Shown here in pieces: positions 20,657 through 31,045 of a stretch of 64,000 nt of DNA (position 1 is the first letter of the stretch; every line of letters begins with the position of its first letter). Origin of the DNA: an uncultured virus (IMG/VR IMGVR_UViG_3300009703_000011) (taxonomy: Duplodnaviria > Heunggongvirae > Uroviricota > Caudoviricetes). The notes beneath the pieces are model-generated. The model made no database searches. It saw only the letters and a program-made list of their open reading frames with translations, and had not been told where the DNA came from. The stretch is taken from the IMG/VR virus record IMGVR_UViG_3300009703_000011; one strand, 5' to 3'. The position numbers were made by a program, and so were the translations under genes.

Positions 20657-21233
20657 ACTTTTTAACAAACACAAAATAATATCTCATGTCCACTATAAAA
20701 ACACACGAAGGCTTCAGAAGCTTTCCCGTTCTTCTCTGGGAATCTTACCCCCCACAAGGGAGTAGTAGCTGATGTTCTTGTTGGTAATGAACGAGACATA
20801 GGCTTAGGTGAGCAGTTGATGCTTGATGAGAATATTTATACAGTTAAAGAATTAATACTGTATTATTCTCAACAAAAAGAGAGTATAGTCGGTGTTGTTA
20901 GTGAGGAACTGTTTCAAGCAATCGAAATCGTTATTTAGGAGAAGAAGTGGTTATTAAACATCCAGTAAGTGGTATTTCTAATGTTCATAAGTTTAAGGAT
21001 AAACCTGCGCCTATTTGGGCATTTCGAGCAATGATGATTGCCTGTATTGTGGCCGCAATGTTCTCTTTCTTTTCTTATATGATAGTGCTCACTGATAGGA
21101 AAAAAGATGAGCGTCTATCTAATTGTGAAGCTAATTTGGTTCACGATATGAAGATATGTATTGAAAATGTTGGAGATAAAAAACAGTGCTATCTTGAAAT
21201 ATACAAAAAAAGCTCTACACGATGGGGTGACCC

Positions 21234-22313
21234 TTGCGATTAAACTGGGATAAAATAACACGTATAGCTCTTGTAGTTGCAATAATTCTTCTTATTGCTG
21301 TCTCGGGCTATACGCTGTTTCTTTCAAACCAGTACCATGAACAAAATATTGCCCTAACTGCTAAAGATGCTGAATTACAACAAGCTAATCTAGATATAGG
21401 ATTATCTAAGTCTAAACTTGTTAAGGGTAGAGAATTAGAAAAAGATTTACGAACTAAAATCAGAGGGATGGAAGATGAATTCCAAAAACTTGTCAGAGAA
21501 CATGAGCTTAAAATCAAATCCAATGATCAAACAATCATTGCCCTCAGAAATCAACTTGTTGGAGGTACAACAACTGTTGTCATCCACGATGGTCCTGACA
21601 CAGGAACAATTACAGAATTACCAGAAGAATGCAGAGAGTATCAAGCTTGCAAAGCAATCGAAGATAGCCGTATCAGTTACAAATGGCAGGATCCTTTGGA
21701 GCGTTTCTCCCTTATAGATCCAAACATTTGGGTAAAAGGAGATGAGCAGTTTACAAGCTCTCAGTACTTCAAGATAGAAGGCTTTGTCTTTGAAAGTAAA
21801 GAAGGACAGCTCCAAACTCGCAAAGTATCAGTAAAGGAAGTGGATAAGGATGGAAAAGAAATCCCAGGTGCAACTACAGAAGTGGTCGAAGCGAACTTCA
21901 CTTACACCAATAGATCAGTGGAGAACAGAAGAGCAGGCATACTTGATGTCATTACACTCAGACCCTATGCCTCTTTCGATACCACCTTCCAGCCCGGCTT
22001 CGGCCTTGAGTTACTCAACCTTGGAAGATTTATACCTTACGCAAATATCGGAGTTGGACCCTCAATTTCCTTCGATGTATCTGACGTTCTTGGGGGTAGT
22101 CTTCAACGCGGGCGCCTTGGCCTTAGCGCTCAATACCATCTTGTTCCCCCCATTTTCGATACTAACATTGCTATCGGCATGGGGGTTGGCGTTCCTTTCA
22201 ACAATCTTTCTTCCCCCGTATTCTCGGTAAGTTTAATCTTTTATCTAACACCAGACCTTAATCCCTTTTCCTTCTGGAAAGATAGACCAGAGATTCTTGG
22301 TATTAAACTATAG
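21234..22313 (+). CDS. membrane-anchored coiled-coil protein with beta-rich C-terminus
   Basis: N-terminal TM helix, coiled coil, Gly/aromatic alternating C-terminal strands. Confidence 0.7.
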   Translation: MRLNWDKITRIALVVAIILLIAVSGYTLFLSNQYHEQNIALTAKDAELQQANLDIGLSKSKLVKGRELEKDLRTKIRGMEDEFQKLVREHELKIKSNDQTIIALRNQLVGGTTTVVIHDGPDTGTITELPEECREYQACKAIEDSRISYKWQDPLERFSLIDPNIWVKGDEQFTSSQYFKIEGFVFESKEGQLQTRKVSVKEVDKDGKEIPGATTEVVEANFTYTNRSVENRRAGILDVITLRPYASFDTTFQPGFGLELLNLGRFIPYANIGVGPSISFDVSDVLGGSLQRGRLGLSAQYHLVPPIFDTNIAIGMGVGVPFNNLSSPVFSVSLIFYLTPDLNPFSFWKDRPEILGIKL

Positions 22314-22363
22314 ACAATAACAAAATATTTATTACAATAATATTTCTTGGGAAATTTTCCTCA

Positions 22364-22426
22364 CGGGTGTCTGTAACCCGGTAGGCCCCATGAGGGTTGG
22401 GAGTTCGAATCTCTCTTGTTACACCA
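22364..22426 (+). pseudogene. tRNA-Tyr-like remnant
   Basis: CTGTAA, variable arm GGCCC/GGGTT, T-arm GGGAG-TTCGAAT-CTCTC, ACCA; no recognisable 5' acceptor/D arm. Confidence 0.4.
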
Positions 22427-22428
22427 AT

Positions 22429-22503
22429 GGACAGGATCCCGATTGTTTAGGGGCTGGATTGCAAACCCAGTGTTGGTGAGTTAGATTCTCACCCTGTCTT
22501 CCA
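22429..22503 (+). tRNA. tRNA-Cys (GCA)
   Basis: GGACAGG/CCTGTCT, U73, TTGCAAA loop, T-loop TTAGATT, CCA. Confidence 0.85.
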
Positions 22504-22504
22504 C

Positions 22505-22580
22505 GGTCTCGTAGGCTAATCGGATAAACCGTATCGCTACGAACGATAAATTGCAGGTTCGAGTCCTGCCGAGACTGCCA
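22505..22580 (+). tRNA. tRNA-Arg (ACG)
   Basis: GGTCTCG/CGAGACT, CTACGAA loop, CCA. Confidence 0.92.
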
Positions 22581-22583
22581 CAT

Positions 22584-22658
22584 GCGCCTATGGTGAAATG
22601 GATATCACATTAGACTTCTAATCTTATATTCCAGGTTCGAGTCCTGGTGGGCGTGCCA
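22584..22658 (+). tRNA. tRNA-Arg (TCT)
   Basis: GCGCCTA/TGGGCGT, CTTCTAA loop, CCA. Confidence 0.92.
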
Positions 22659-23369
22659 ATGTCACAAGAAACACTAACACATTTATATACTGACCCATCT
22701 GAAATTATGGATGGAGATACTATTCTCCTAACAGGATCAGGATGGGATTCCGATATAAAAAATCGTGTATTTATTTGTGAAGTTTTTACTTCAAATGATG
22801 AAGATACATATACGACTGGTATAAAGTATTTTAAAGTTGATGGTTTTTTTACTGTACTCAGTGATATATGTAGTAGTTCTAATTTTTATGTTTATAAAAT
22901 CAACAGCTCAAGAAGAGACGCTATGGGCTATACACTGCGTGAGAACTTAAGAGTTGGCGACACTGTATGCTTAGTTGGACCAGAGTGGCCTACCCAGAAT
23001 CAACTATCGAAAATCGTTATCTCCGGCGATGGGGAGTTAAAAGTTGATATGTGGGGTGCTCCTAGAAAGTTTAACGATCACAACCTTGCTGTATTGCTCG
23101 TATCAGAGGATAAAGAAGTGGTAAGTAAAAGAGACGATATAGATCAGAAACAGAGTATAGAAAAGATTGATATCGTAACGAATGCCAGAGCTTTTATTAG
23201 TAAAGATTTAGTTTTAGAACTTGTTCAAAATTATATAAACTATAAAGGTTTCAACACCATGGGACCCATTGTTTCTGATGGTGATGGCGGTTATAGCTTT
23301 GTACCAGAAACTCAGACTGATGTCATTCTCTCTACCCCTGAAGATACAAACGAAGATATTAAAGTTTAA
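22659..23369 (+). CDS. hypothetical protein (paralogue of next gene)
   Basis: ATG directly after tRNA CCA; C-terminal IEKIDI...LVLELVQNYINYKG. Confidence 0.65.
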   Translation: MSQETLTHLYTDPSEIMDGDTILLTGSGWDSDIKNRVFICEVFTSNDEDTYTTGIKYFKVDGFFTVLSDICSSSNFYVYKINSSRRDAMGYTLRENLRVGDTVCLVGPEWPTQNQLSKIVISGDGELKVDMWGAPRKFNDHNLAVLLVSEDKEVVSKRDDIDQKQSIEKIDIVTNARAFISKDLVLELVQNYINYKGFNTMGPIVSDGDGGYSFVPETQTDVILSTPEDTNEDIKV

Positions 23370-23381
23370 TATATAACTCTA

Positions 23382-23864
23382 TTGGGAAGTAAAAACATGG
23401 GTGAAGAATTTACAGATGTAAAACTACTATCAACAGGTGACAGTATTACTCTTGTTCCAGGAGGCGATTGGGAAAGTGTTTTTACCAGGAAGCAAAGGGG
23501 GTTAGTTTATACTATATCCCGAAATGAAGACGGGGACCTTATTTTTAATACTGACAAGGATTATTATTATGTTGATAATGAATATTATAAGGTTCTTAAA
23601 GTGACTGACGTGGTTGAGTACACACTACAACAAGATGTCGAAAAAGATATAGTTGAAAAAATAGAAATAAGTGCCAATCCTCAAGCCTGTGTACCAGAAC
23701 ACTTAGTTAAAGAACTTATTGAAAACTATCTTAAGTTCAAGGGTATTACACCAATGAGTGATATAGAGAGAAAAGGTGAGAATTATTATTTCACACCAAA
23801 AATAACCTACTCTATTGTCCAGGAAGATGCAAAAGAAGCTTCAGATGAAATACTACTTACATAA
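23382..23864 (+). CDS. hypothetical protein (paralogue of previous gene)
   Basis: VEKIEI...LVKELIENYLKFKG. Confidence 0.65.
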   Translation: MGSKNMGEEFTDVKLLSTGDSITLVPGGDWESVFTRKQRGLVYTISRNEDGDLIFNTDKDYYYVDNEYYKVLKVTDVVEYTLQQDVEKDIVEKIEISANPQACVPEHLVKELIENYLKFKGITPMSDIERKGENYYFTPKITYSIVQEDAKEASDEILLT

Positions 23865-23878
23865 GAAAGAAGTAAAAG

Positions 23879-24343
23879 ATGAAAGAAATTAAGGGCGATT
23901 TTTGGGACTGTGCTCCTGACTATGAAGTGTTATGTGTTACAACCAATGGAGTTGTCAAGTCTAATAACAATTTGGTTATGGGTGGAGGAATTGCAAGACA
24001 ATTCAGGAATAGATATGTCACCCTCGCGAGTTTACTAGGTAACCATGTACTCAGGGCTGGCAATGTTCCAAAGCTAACAAACTTTATCGATTCCCCATCA
24101 GTTCTCTCAATTCCAACAAAGAACGAATGGACTGGTCCCTCTCCTATATCTCTAGTACTAAAATCTGCTGTGTTAGCAGTTAGGCTTTTAGATCAAACTA
24201 GCTTTACAAAAATCTTGTCAGTCCAACCAGGTTGTGGACTTGGTGGACTTGACTGGAAAGAAGTAAAGCCTGTGCTCGAAAAAGCAGGATGGGACGATAG
24301 ATTTACTATTATCTCACCACCACCCAAGAAGAAGTGGATTTGA
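23879..24343 (+). CDS. macro domain (ADP-ribose binding/hydrolase) protein
   Basis: KGDFW, TTNG..MGGGIARQF, PTK..W, PGCGLGGLDW motifs. Confidence 0.85.
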   Translation: MKEIKGDFWDCAPDYEVLCVTTNGVVKSNNNLVMGGGIARQFRNRYVTLASLLGNHVLRAGNVPKLTNFIDSPSVLSIPTKNEWTGPSPISLVLKSAVLAVRLLDQTSFTKILSVQPGCGLGGLDWKEVKPVLEKAGWDDRFTIISPPPKKKWI

Positions 24344-24810
24344 TGGTTAGTAAAGATACAGAGATTAAATCTCTTAAACGAAGAATTTCACAGCTTGAGA
24401 AAGATATAGCTGATCGTGATCTCAACCTTGAAGATCTTGCAACAGATTTTGCAAACAAACAAAGCTTAATCTTCACCATGACGCTAGATCGATCTGAGAT
24501 GCTAGCAGTTATGCATAATCTATTCAGCTCTCTTCAGTCTATATCTGGAAACTTCTTTCTGAATAAAAAAGAAAGAATTAAGATTAAAAAAGCCCTAGAT
24601 ATCCTACAGGAGAACATGGATGAAAGAAGATAAGCATATAATGCTTTATGGTGTTTTTAAAAATCCGCTCTTGTGGTTAAGAGATCTACCCTATAGAGTA
24701 GCGCTCGTAACAATCGTTACAATGATAGTCCCCTTCGGATTTTTACTACTGTCCCTGTTTATGTTACTTGGAACAGTCCAAGAACCCGATCCTAAAAAGG
24801 AAGTTCCAAA

Positions 24811-25458
24811 ATGAAATATGTATCCCTTCTCCTAGCTCTTATACTTAGTTCATGTTCTTGTTCAATGAGTGTTAATTCTAAGAAGAGCAATATTCCAAAA
24901 AGCATAGAGCGGGAACCATCTGATGATGTTGTTGAGCAGGTACTACCTGATGCAGGAACTCAAGAGAAGGCAACTTTTAATCTAGAAGATTTCTTTGGTT
25001 ATGAGTGGGGTAGTAGACAACCAGCTAATGAAGATTTAGTAGGGAAAGATACTGGTGTTTATACAGTATCAAATCTTCCTAACCTATTTGTAATAAGTGG
25101 ACCCACTGGTGACCCTGATTCACCTTATAGGCTTATGTCTTTGGGGTTCGATGAAGATAGACTCTCCTACGGTAGTGTGATCTTTTTCACACCTAACGAT
25201 AAGGAACTTGACGCTCTCTGTATGAGAGTATTGCAAAGTAATATTATTATGTATGGTGAACCTCATGCAACACAAGGCGGAGCTATTCTGATCTGGCAAA
25301 ACTATTCAACAACCATGATGATGATGTGTACAGATTATGGTCCAATTTTAGACCTATACTTCACACTGTGGTTGCAGCATAATCAATCTTTTATAGCCCA
25401 CGATGCTATTCCTCTGGAGGAAATCAATGAGTTTAAACCTAGAGCAACAGTTCCTTGA
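24811..25458 (+). CDS. putative lipoprotein
   Basis: signal peptide ending LILSSC. Confidence 0.65.
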   Translation: MKYVSLLLALILSSCSCSMSVNSKKSNIPKSIEREPSDDVVEQVLPDAGTQEKATFNLEDFFGYEWGSRQPANEDLVGKDTGVYTVSNLPNLFVISGPTGDPDSPYRLMSLGFDEDRLSYGSVIFFTPNDKELDALCMRVLQSNIIMYGEPHATQGGAILIWQNYSTTMMMMCTDYGPILDLYFTLWLQHNQSFIAHDAIPLEEINEFKPRATVP

Positions 25459-26734
25459 AACATCTGGTATCTTACCCGCAATAAGAGAATCTCTCTTGGA
25501 GGTCGGTGTAGTTGTAGATAGCGACCGGCTAGAGCTATTAGAATACGATATAGGATGTTTGATTTCCAAGACAATCGAGCCTAGGCATCTTGAGGTTCTT
25601 ATATCATTTTTTGAAACTGAAAGTGGTAAAGCCTGGAGGAATGGAGAACTGTCTATTATTAGGCAGATTGAAGAAATAACTCTCTCACATATATCCTTTA
25701 TTAAAAGTGAAGAGAATATGAAAGAAAAGGGACTTAGCTATAAGTCTTTTGAAGACGAGTCAGTTAACTAACTCAAAAACCAAACTAAAAGATAGGGAAA
25801 AAGATATGATTAAGGCATCGAAAAATATCGCAGAATCGGATCTTTCCGAACTCTGTAACACTATTACAGATAAAACTAAGGACTTAGTATTACTGGATAC
25901 TGAAGTTCAAGAAATTGAAGATATGCTAAAGGCAACTAAGGAACAGCAACGATTTGTTCAAAAAGAGCTAGCTATTATTCGAAATCTTGCTCGTAATATT
26001 CTCAATACGAATAATCCAGAGAAACATCTCAAGTTTCGTACAAGAGCAGAAAAGCTTCTTCAAACTATTTACAATGAACGAGATCAGAATAATTCTAAAA
26101 GTGTAAATGAGAGTCGTGATACTGTTCAGGAAGCAATGACAAGTCTCGAAGGACTAGTGAATAGTCTAAAGACTACAGTTGGAGATACAATTGACATGCC
26201 AACCGCAGCTCTAAATACCCAAGAGAAAGCATAAAAATGATCAGTAATGCCATTACACTAGCAGCACTCACCTCAGCAGCCTTTTTTATTTTGTATAAAA
26301 AGCTACCAAGGAAAGCTAAGAGGCTGGTAGTAAAGTATAATCTTGTCTCAGATGTTCTTTCCCTTCTGGCAACATATGTCATTTTTGGAGGCACAGTAAC
26401 AGCATTGATTGCTGCAGCACTGGTTAGCCTCGTGATGTCTATCATGTTGCATATTGCTAATCATCCAGATGACTACTTGTGGCTCACGGATACTATTAAA
26501 GTTGCCAAACAATATATTGATGAAGGTAAGAAGCAGCTCGTAGAGCTTAATAAAAGATATGTGAATATAAAGGATGCATCAGCATCCGATAACACTAATG
26601 AACCTCTGGGTTCAAATTAAAGAGATCAGATAGTAAAAAATAGCAGAAAGAGGTTAGGGAATCATGAAACTTGTTTACTATGATAATCATTGCCTCTGTT
26701 CTGGGCATTAAAATAATGAATTAGGAATAATGAA

Positions 26735-27355
26735 ATGCAGTTTGAAAAAGCTAATCAACAAGATGTTTACATCTTTCAAGATGTAGAAACTACAGGCTTG
26801 GATAGCCTAGAAGATTCAATGCTACAAATTGCTGCCATTGCTACAAGCGCAACTTTAGTAGAGCTTGATGAATTTGAAACACTAATTGCTCCATTTCCAG
26901 GTGCACTAGATCGTATGAGTGATTATGTAAGAAATATGCATACAGAAAATGGTCTACTCGAAAGAATTGAAACAGAAAACCCCCCTGACGTTTTAAAAGT
27001 GGGTAATATTTTTTGCAACTGGTTAGAAAATCTTAAAAAGCCTGGTGGAAATCTTTATTTTGTTGGTAATTCTATTCATGGAGTAGACTGGCCTTTCACA
27101 GTGAAAGACACTCCTCAGATCTATATGAACCATGGTGGTCCTGTGCACTACAGGGCAATTGACGTGACCGGGTTAAGGTTAACTCTTGCACAGTGGACGG
27201 GATTAGATTTTGCTTATGAAAAGAATAACACACATACAGCCATGGAAGATGCCCGTGAGTGCCTAGAAGAGTATAAGTTTCTAAAGAAGTGTACAGAAGA
27301 TTATTTTTTCGAAACCTTTAAAGAAAGTATGCATACTCCACCATCTGTTCTATAA
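26735..27355 (+). CDS. oligoribonuclease-like DEDDh exonuclease
   Basis: DVETTGLD, MHTENGL, GNSIH..D, HYRAIDV, HTAMED motifs. Confidence 0.85.
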   Translation: MQFEKANQQDVYIFQDVETTGLDSLEDSMLQIAAIATSATLVELDEFETLIAPFPGALDRMSDYVRNMHTENGLLERIETENPPDVLKVGNIFCNWLENLKKPGGNLYFVGNSIHGVDWPFTVKDTPQIYMNHGGPVHYRAIDVTGLRLTLAQWTGLDFAYEKNNTHTAMEDARECLEEYKFLKKCTEDYFFETFKESMHTPPSVL

Positions 27356-28700
27356 TGGAGAGATGGAAATAGAATCTGGCTCATTGGTTAAAATTAAGCC
27401 TGGTGTCTCTTGGAGAGGCTGGGACCTTAGTAATAAAGAAGGAATAGTAGTAAGTACAGAAAGTTATATCACTGTACTTGTAGAAGAGATACAGACCGAG
27501 GTTAAACTCTTTCGTTCCGAAATAGCGAAACATATAACAGAAAAAGAATTCTTGCCCGATCTATTTAGTGAAGAAGATTGGTGATTAAGGATGGTTATGC
27601 AGGGTGATACTGTTGAACTCATACTGGATGACCCTAAGGTCACAGACCGTAAAATTATTGGGAAAGTGGTAGGCATCTTTGATGCTCTTACCAAAGAAGG
27701 GGCCCCTAACATTAATTTAGAAATTGATATTAGGTATGGAAAATACAACCACAAATGGTTTAGATACAAACCCGTCCTTGATGGCGGAACCCTAAGGGTT
27801 TTAAAAACTGGAACAAAACATGGAAATTGAACTACCTGATTTTAATAAAGAAGATAACGCGGAACAACCACAGCTAAAAGTGGACACTCTTACATACCAT
27901 TCTGGTAACAAAGAGATCACACCAGAGAAGTTTGTAGAAACCGTTTCACCCTTCTTCGACTCCCTTTCTAGGGTCAAAAGGACTAATTATCTTTGTCTTT
28001 TTGTCTATGGTAATGGCGACAAACCTGATGTTACAGGATACAACTCTCCTGACACGATGAACGTTACCAATAATTCTAGAATTCTTAAGACAAAAGAGAC
28101 TAACGGTAGCTGGGTGATCTATAGCCTAATGAGCTAAATCAAATAGATCATCCAATATTACCCAGGGGTAAGATCGATGAGGTGATCAAATGATTCAAAT
28201 AGCACAAGTTTTATTATTTCTTATAGCGTTATTCTTTACGCTATTATTGATTGGTTTATACCTATACCAGGTTTATACAAGACCAGCAGGTAGAGTAAAA
28301 AGCTATAGTACTAGATATACTCCTAGTGTATGGACTCCAGAACAAATGGACTATGCTCTTCAAGTGTTTGAAAAGGTCTGGTTATTGCATTACCCACAAA
28401 AATCTTGGAAAGTAAAAAGAACAATTAATAACCTTAATATCTTTTGGCAAGACAAACGTTGGACTCGTGGTGGTCTAATTGCTGCAGCTCAAGTTACCTC
28501 TCCTCAAAAGCTTAAGGTCTGGAAAGGTCCTAAGATTTCAAGAGAGAGATATCGTATGAACTACACAGCTTTGCCTGAGGGTATGGTTCAGTTAATGGTT
28601 TACAATCTAGAAGGACATGTTTTAGATTCAAAAACAATTTCAAAACAATATAAAGATGTAATCAATGAAATAAAGAGAGAACTAGCAGGACAAGTTAGCA

Positions 28701-29468
28701 ATGATAAAAATAGACTCTTACATTCGAAAAAGCCTTAAAAGATTAGAAGTTGATACTGTTATCTCATATATGCCCGACCCAACAGTTGGTAGCCTAATAT
28801 CTAAATCCCCTGTGTTTCTTGGGATACCAGATATTGCTACCCTAGATTTCTATGACTATTTTAAAAGCAGGGGGGTTAAGGTCATTAAATGGGCACCATA
28901 TGCAATCAGTACATGGAGTGTTCTAAACAAGGATTATATACATCTAATATTTCCATCAGACATTCCAAATATTCCTCCTCAAGCCAATTTACCTGCCTTT
29001 TCACTTATTGCTACAAACAGATTTAGGCTTGATGGCGGGTCAAGCCCTAGCATGGCTGGCTCACAGCTTTTTATAAGCTGGGAGTCTGTAGTAAAAGAAG
29101 CACCAACGCTTCTTACTTTTAGATCAGGCTTTAACTATCAATTTATAAATCCTACTATAGAAAAGGAAGTGGATTGTACAAAAATAAGCTTAGATATATT
29201 TCGTATGAATTTATTAAATAATATTATGCTCCCTAGGCCTTCTGCTTACTTTAAATTACTATTAGAAAGAAACGTGCTTCATTATCTAATGCCAGAGTTG
29301 GCTGCTAATATAGGGTGTCAACAAGATCGTAGATATCACTCTGATGATGTATTTACTCATCTAATGAAAACAGTTGACTCCTGTTCCGACAAGGATCCTC
29401 TTGTCCGACTAGCTGCTTTAATGCACGATGTTGGGAAGGCACCTACTCGTAAGGAGACCCACATTTGA
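28701..29468 (+). CDS. CCA-adding-enzyme-like protein, N-terminal piece (degenerate NTase + first half of HD domain)
   Basis: LMPEL...QQDRRYHSDDVFTH...LVRLAALMHDVGK. Confidence 0.75.
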   Translation: MIKIDSYIRKSLKRLEVDTVISYMPDPTVGSLISKSPVFLGIPDIATLDFYDYFKSRGVKVIKWAPYAISTWSVLNKDYIHLIFPSDIPNIPPQANLPAFSLIATNRFRLDGGSSPSMAGSQLFISWESVVKEAPTLLTFRSGFNYQFINPTIEKEVDCTKISLDIFRMNLLNNIMLPRPSAYFKLLLERNVLHYLMPELAANIGCQQDRRYHSDDVFTHLMKTVDSCSDKDPLVRLAALMHDVGKAPTRKETHI

Positions 29469-29559
29469 CCTGGGAGTATTATCTTGTTGGAAGTATGATT
29501 ATAATGTGGTTGATTTATATACCACTTATCCTATATACCTATATAACAACAAGAAAGTA

Positions 29560-29991
29560 TTAATAATGAAGCATCCTGGCTTCGTTCCCCAATAGGCTTC
29601 TTCCTCTTTGTAGAGAGCTAGCTGATCTTTGACGCATAGTGGCAACTGTTCCAAATCTATCATCAATTGGTTTACCCATATTTAACCTTCTATTATCTCT
29701 GTATATTGAAGTTCCAAGATCTTTCATTGCAGGAAGACCATAGACGGCTGCTGCTGCAGGAAGTGCGATAGGGAGCGGAAGTAAGAACATCCCAGCTTCA
29801 GCTGCACCAATAGCTAGGGCTCCACCAGTTCCGTATGTTTTAGCATGAGTTTGATGAGCAGCAAAGAGAGACATCCCTGTACCAGCAACCCCTAGTAGTC
29901 CCATAGAGCCTTTCGCAGCTCCTCCTGGAATACCCTTGGTAGTCTGATAGGCACCCTTTAAACCTTTAAATATCGCTCCGCCAATAGCCAT
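29560..29991 (-). CDS. Gly/Ala-rich hydrophobic protein on the opposite strand
   Basis: 143-aa ORF with coherent composition, not overlapping a + strand ORF. Confidence 0.75.
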   Translation of the reverse strand: MAIGGAIFKGLKGAYQTTKGIPGGAAKGSMGLLGVAGTGMSLFAAHQTHAKTYGTGGALAIGAAEAGMFLLPLPIALPAAAAVYGLPAMKDLGTSIYRDNRRLNMGKPIDDRFGTVATMRQRSASSLQRGRSLLGNEARMLHY

Positions 29992-30003
29992 ATAGGTAGT
30001 TTA

Positions 30004-30558
30004 ATGGATAAAGATACAAAAGTAAAAGTTAGCTTTCACAAGCATGAGATCATTGGTGCAAACCTAACACGAGATTTCATGAAGAGGGTCGGATTTACTA
30101 GCTCAGAAACCAACAGGGTTGCTAAGTTAGTAAGTATGCACCAGTTTAGATTCTACGAAGATACAACAGATAAGGCTATCTGTAGATGGTTGCAAAAGCT
30201 AGGTAAGCAAGGTTTCGCAGATATTATCAGAGTACGACTTGCAGATAGACAAGGGAATGACAAGAATCTTCATAAACCACCAATAACTAAAGAACTACAG
30301 TCTCTCTTGGAAAGATGCGATGCCTTAATCAAGCAGAAAAAAGTTGTATTCCTTGAGAACTTACAGCTTAAAAAGTCTGACTTAAACAAGCTTGGAGTTC
30401 CAAAAGAGAGACAAGGGGAGTGTATATCAGCTATGTTGGCTATAGTTGCAAAGAGTCCAAGAAAAAATCAAAAGAAGATTTTGATTAAATATGTTGAGAA
30501 GAACTACATACCCAGAGGTTTAGATGGCGAGAGTCGAGATTTTAGCTTGGATAGCTAA
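30004..30558 (+). CDS. CCA-adding-enzyme-like protein, C-terminal piece (second half of HD domain + tail)
   Basis: VSFHKHEIIGA...RVAKLVSMH...LADRQG...LQLKKSDL..LG. Confidence 0.75.
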   Translation: MDKDTKVKVSFHKHEIIGANLTRDFMKRVGFTSSETNRVAKLVSMHQFRFYEDTTDKAICRWLQKLGKQGFADIIRVRLADRQGNDKNLHKPPITKELQSLLERCDALIKQKKVVFLENLQLKKSDLNKLGVPKERQGECISAMLAIVAKSPRKNQKKILIKYVEKNYIPRGLDGESRDFSLDS

Positions 30559-31045
30559 GGAAATTGCTATAGATTTAGCTTTAAAAATAGTTTTTGAAAT
30601 AGGTAAGTTGATTCGTGATATAAAGGTTAAGAATACAGTAGTTCAAGAATTGCTGTATGAATTCCTTAAAGGTGTGACACAGAATGTCAAAAGCTATATT
30701 CCAGCATCAGTGTACAGAATGTAAAAGTGATTACACAAAAGAAACATCATGGATAGATCCCAGTCTTTATTCAGACCCCGGAAAGGCTACTAAAACACTA
30801 GTCTTTTGGTGTCCAAAGACCACTTGTAAAAAGGGTCAGGTTCTAGTTTTGCAAATGTTGCCGGATAACGAGGTCGTCCTTGTTGAGGTCATTGACCACG
30901 ATACTATCTCAACAGAAGGTAATTCAAGCTACTATAAGAATAAAAATAAGATTACTGAAAGGTTAACAGAAGAAGCTGCCCTGTTAGTAATTGCTAAATC
31001 AAATTAAGTCTTTTCAAAACAAACTTTAAATAAGAGAGTGTAGAC

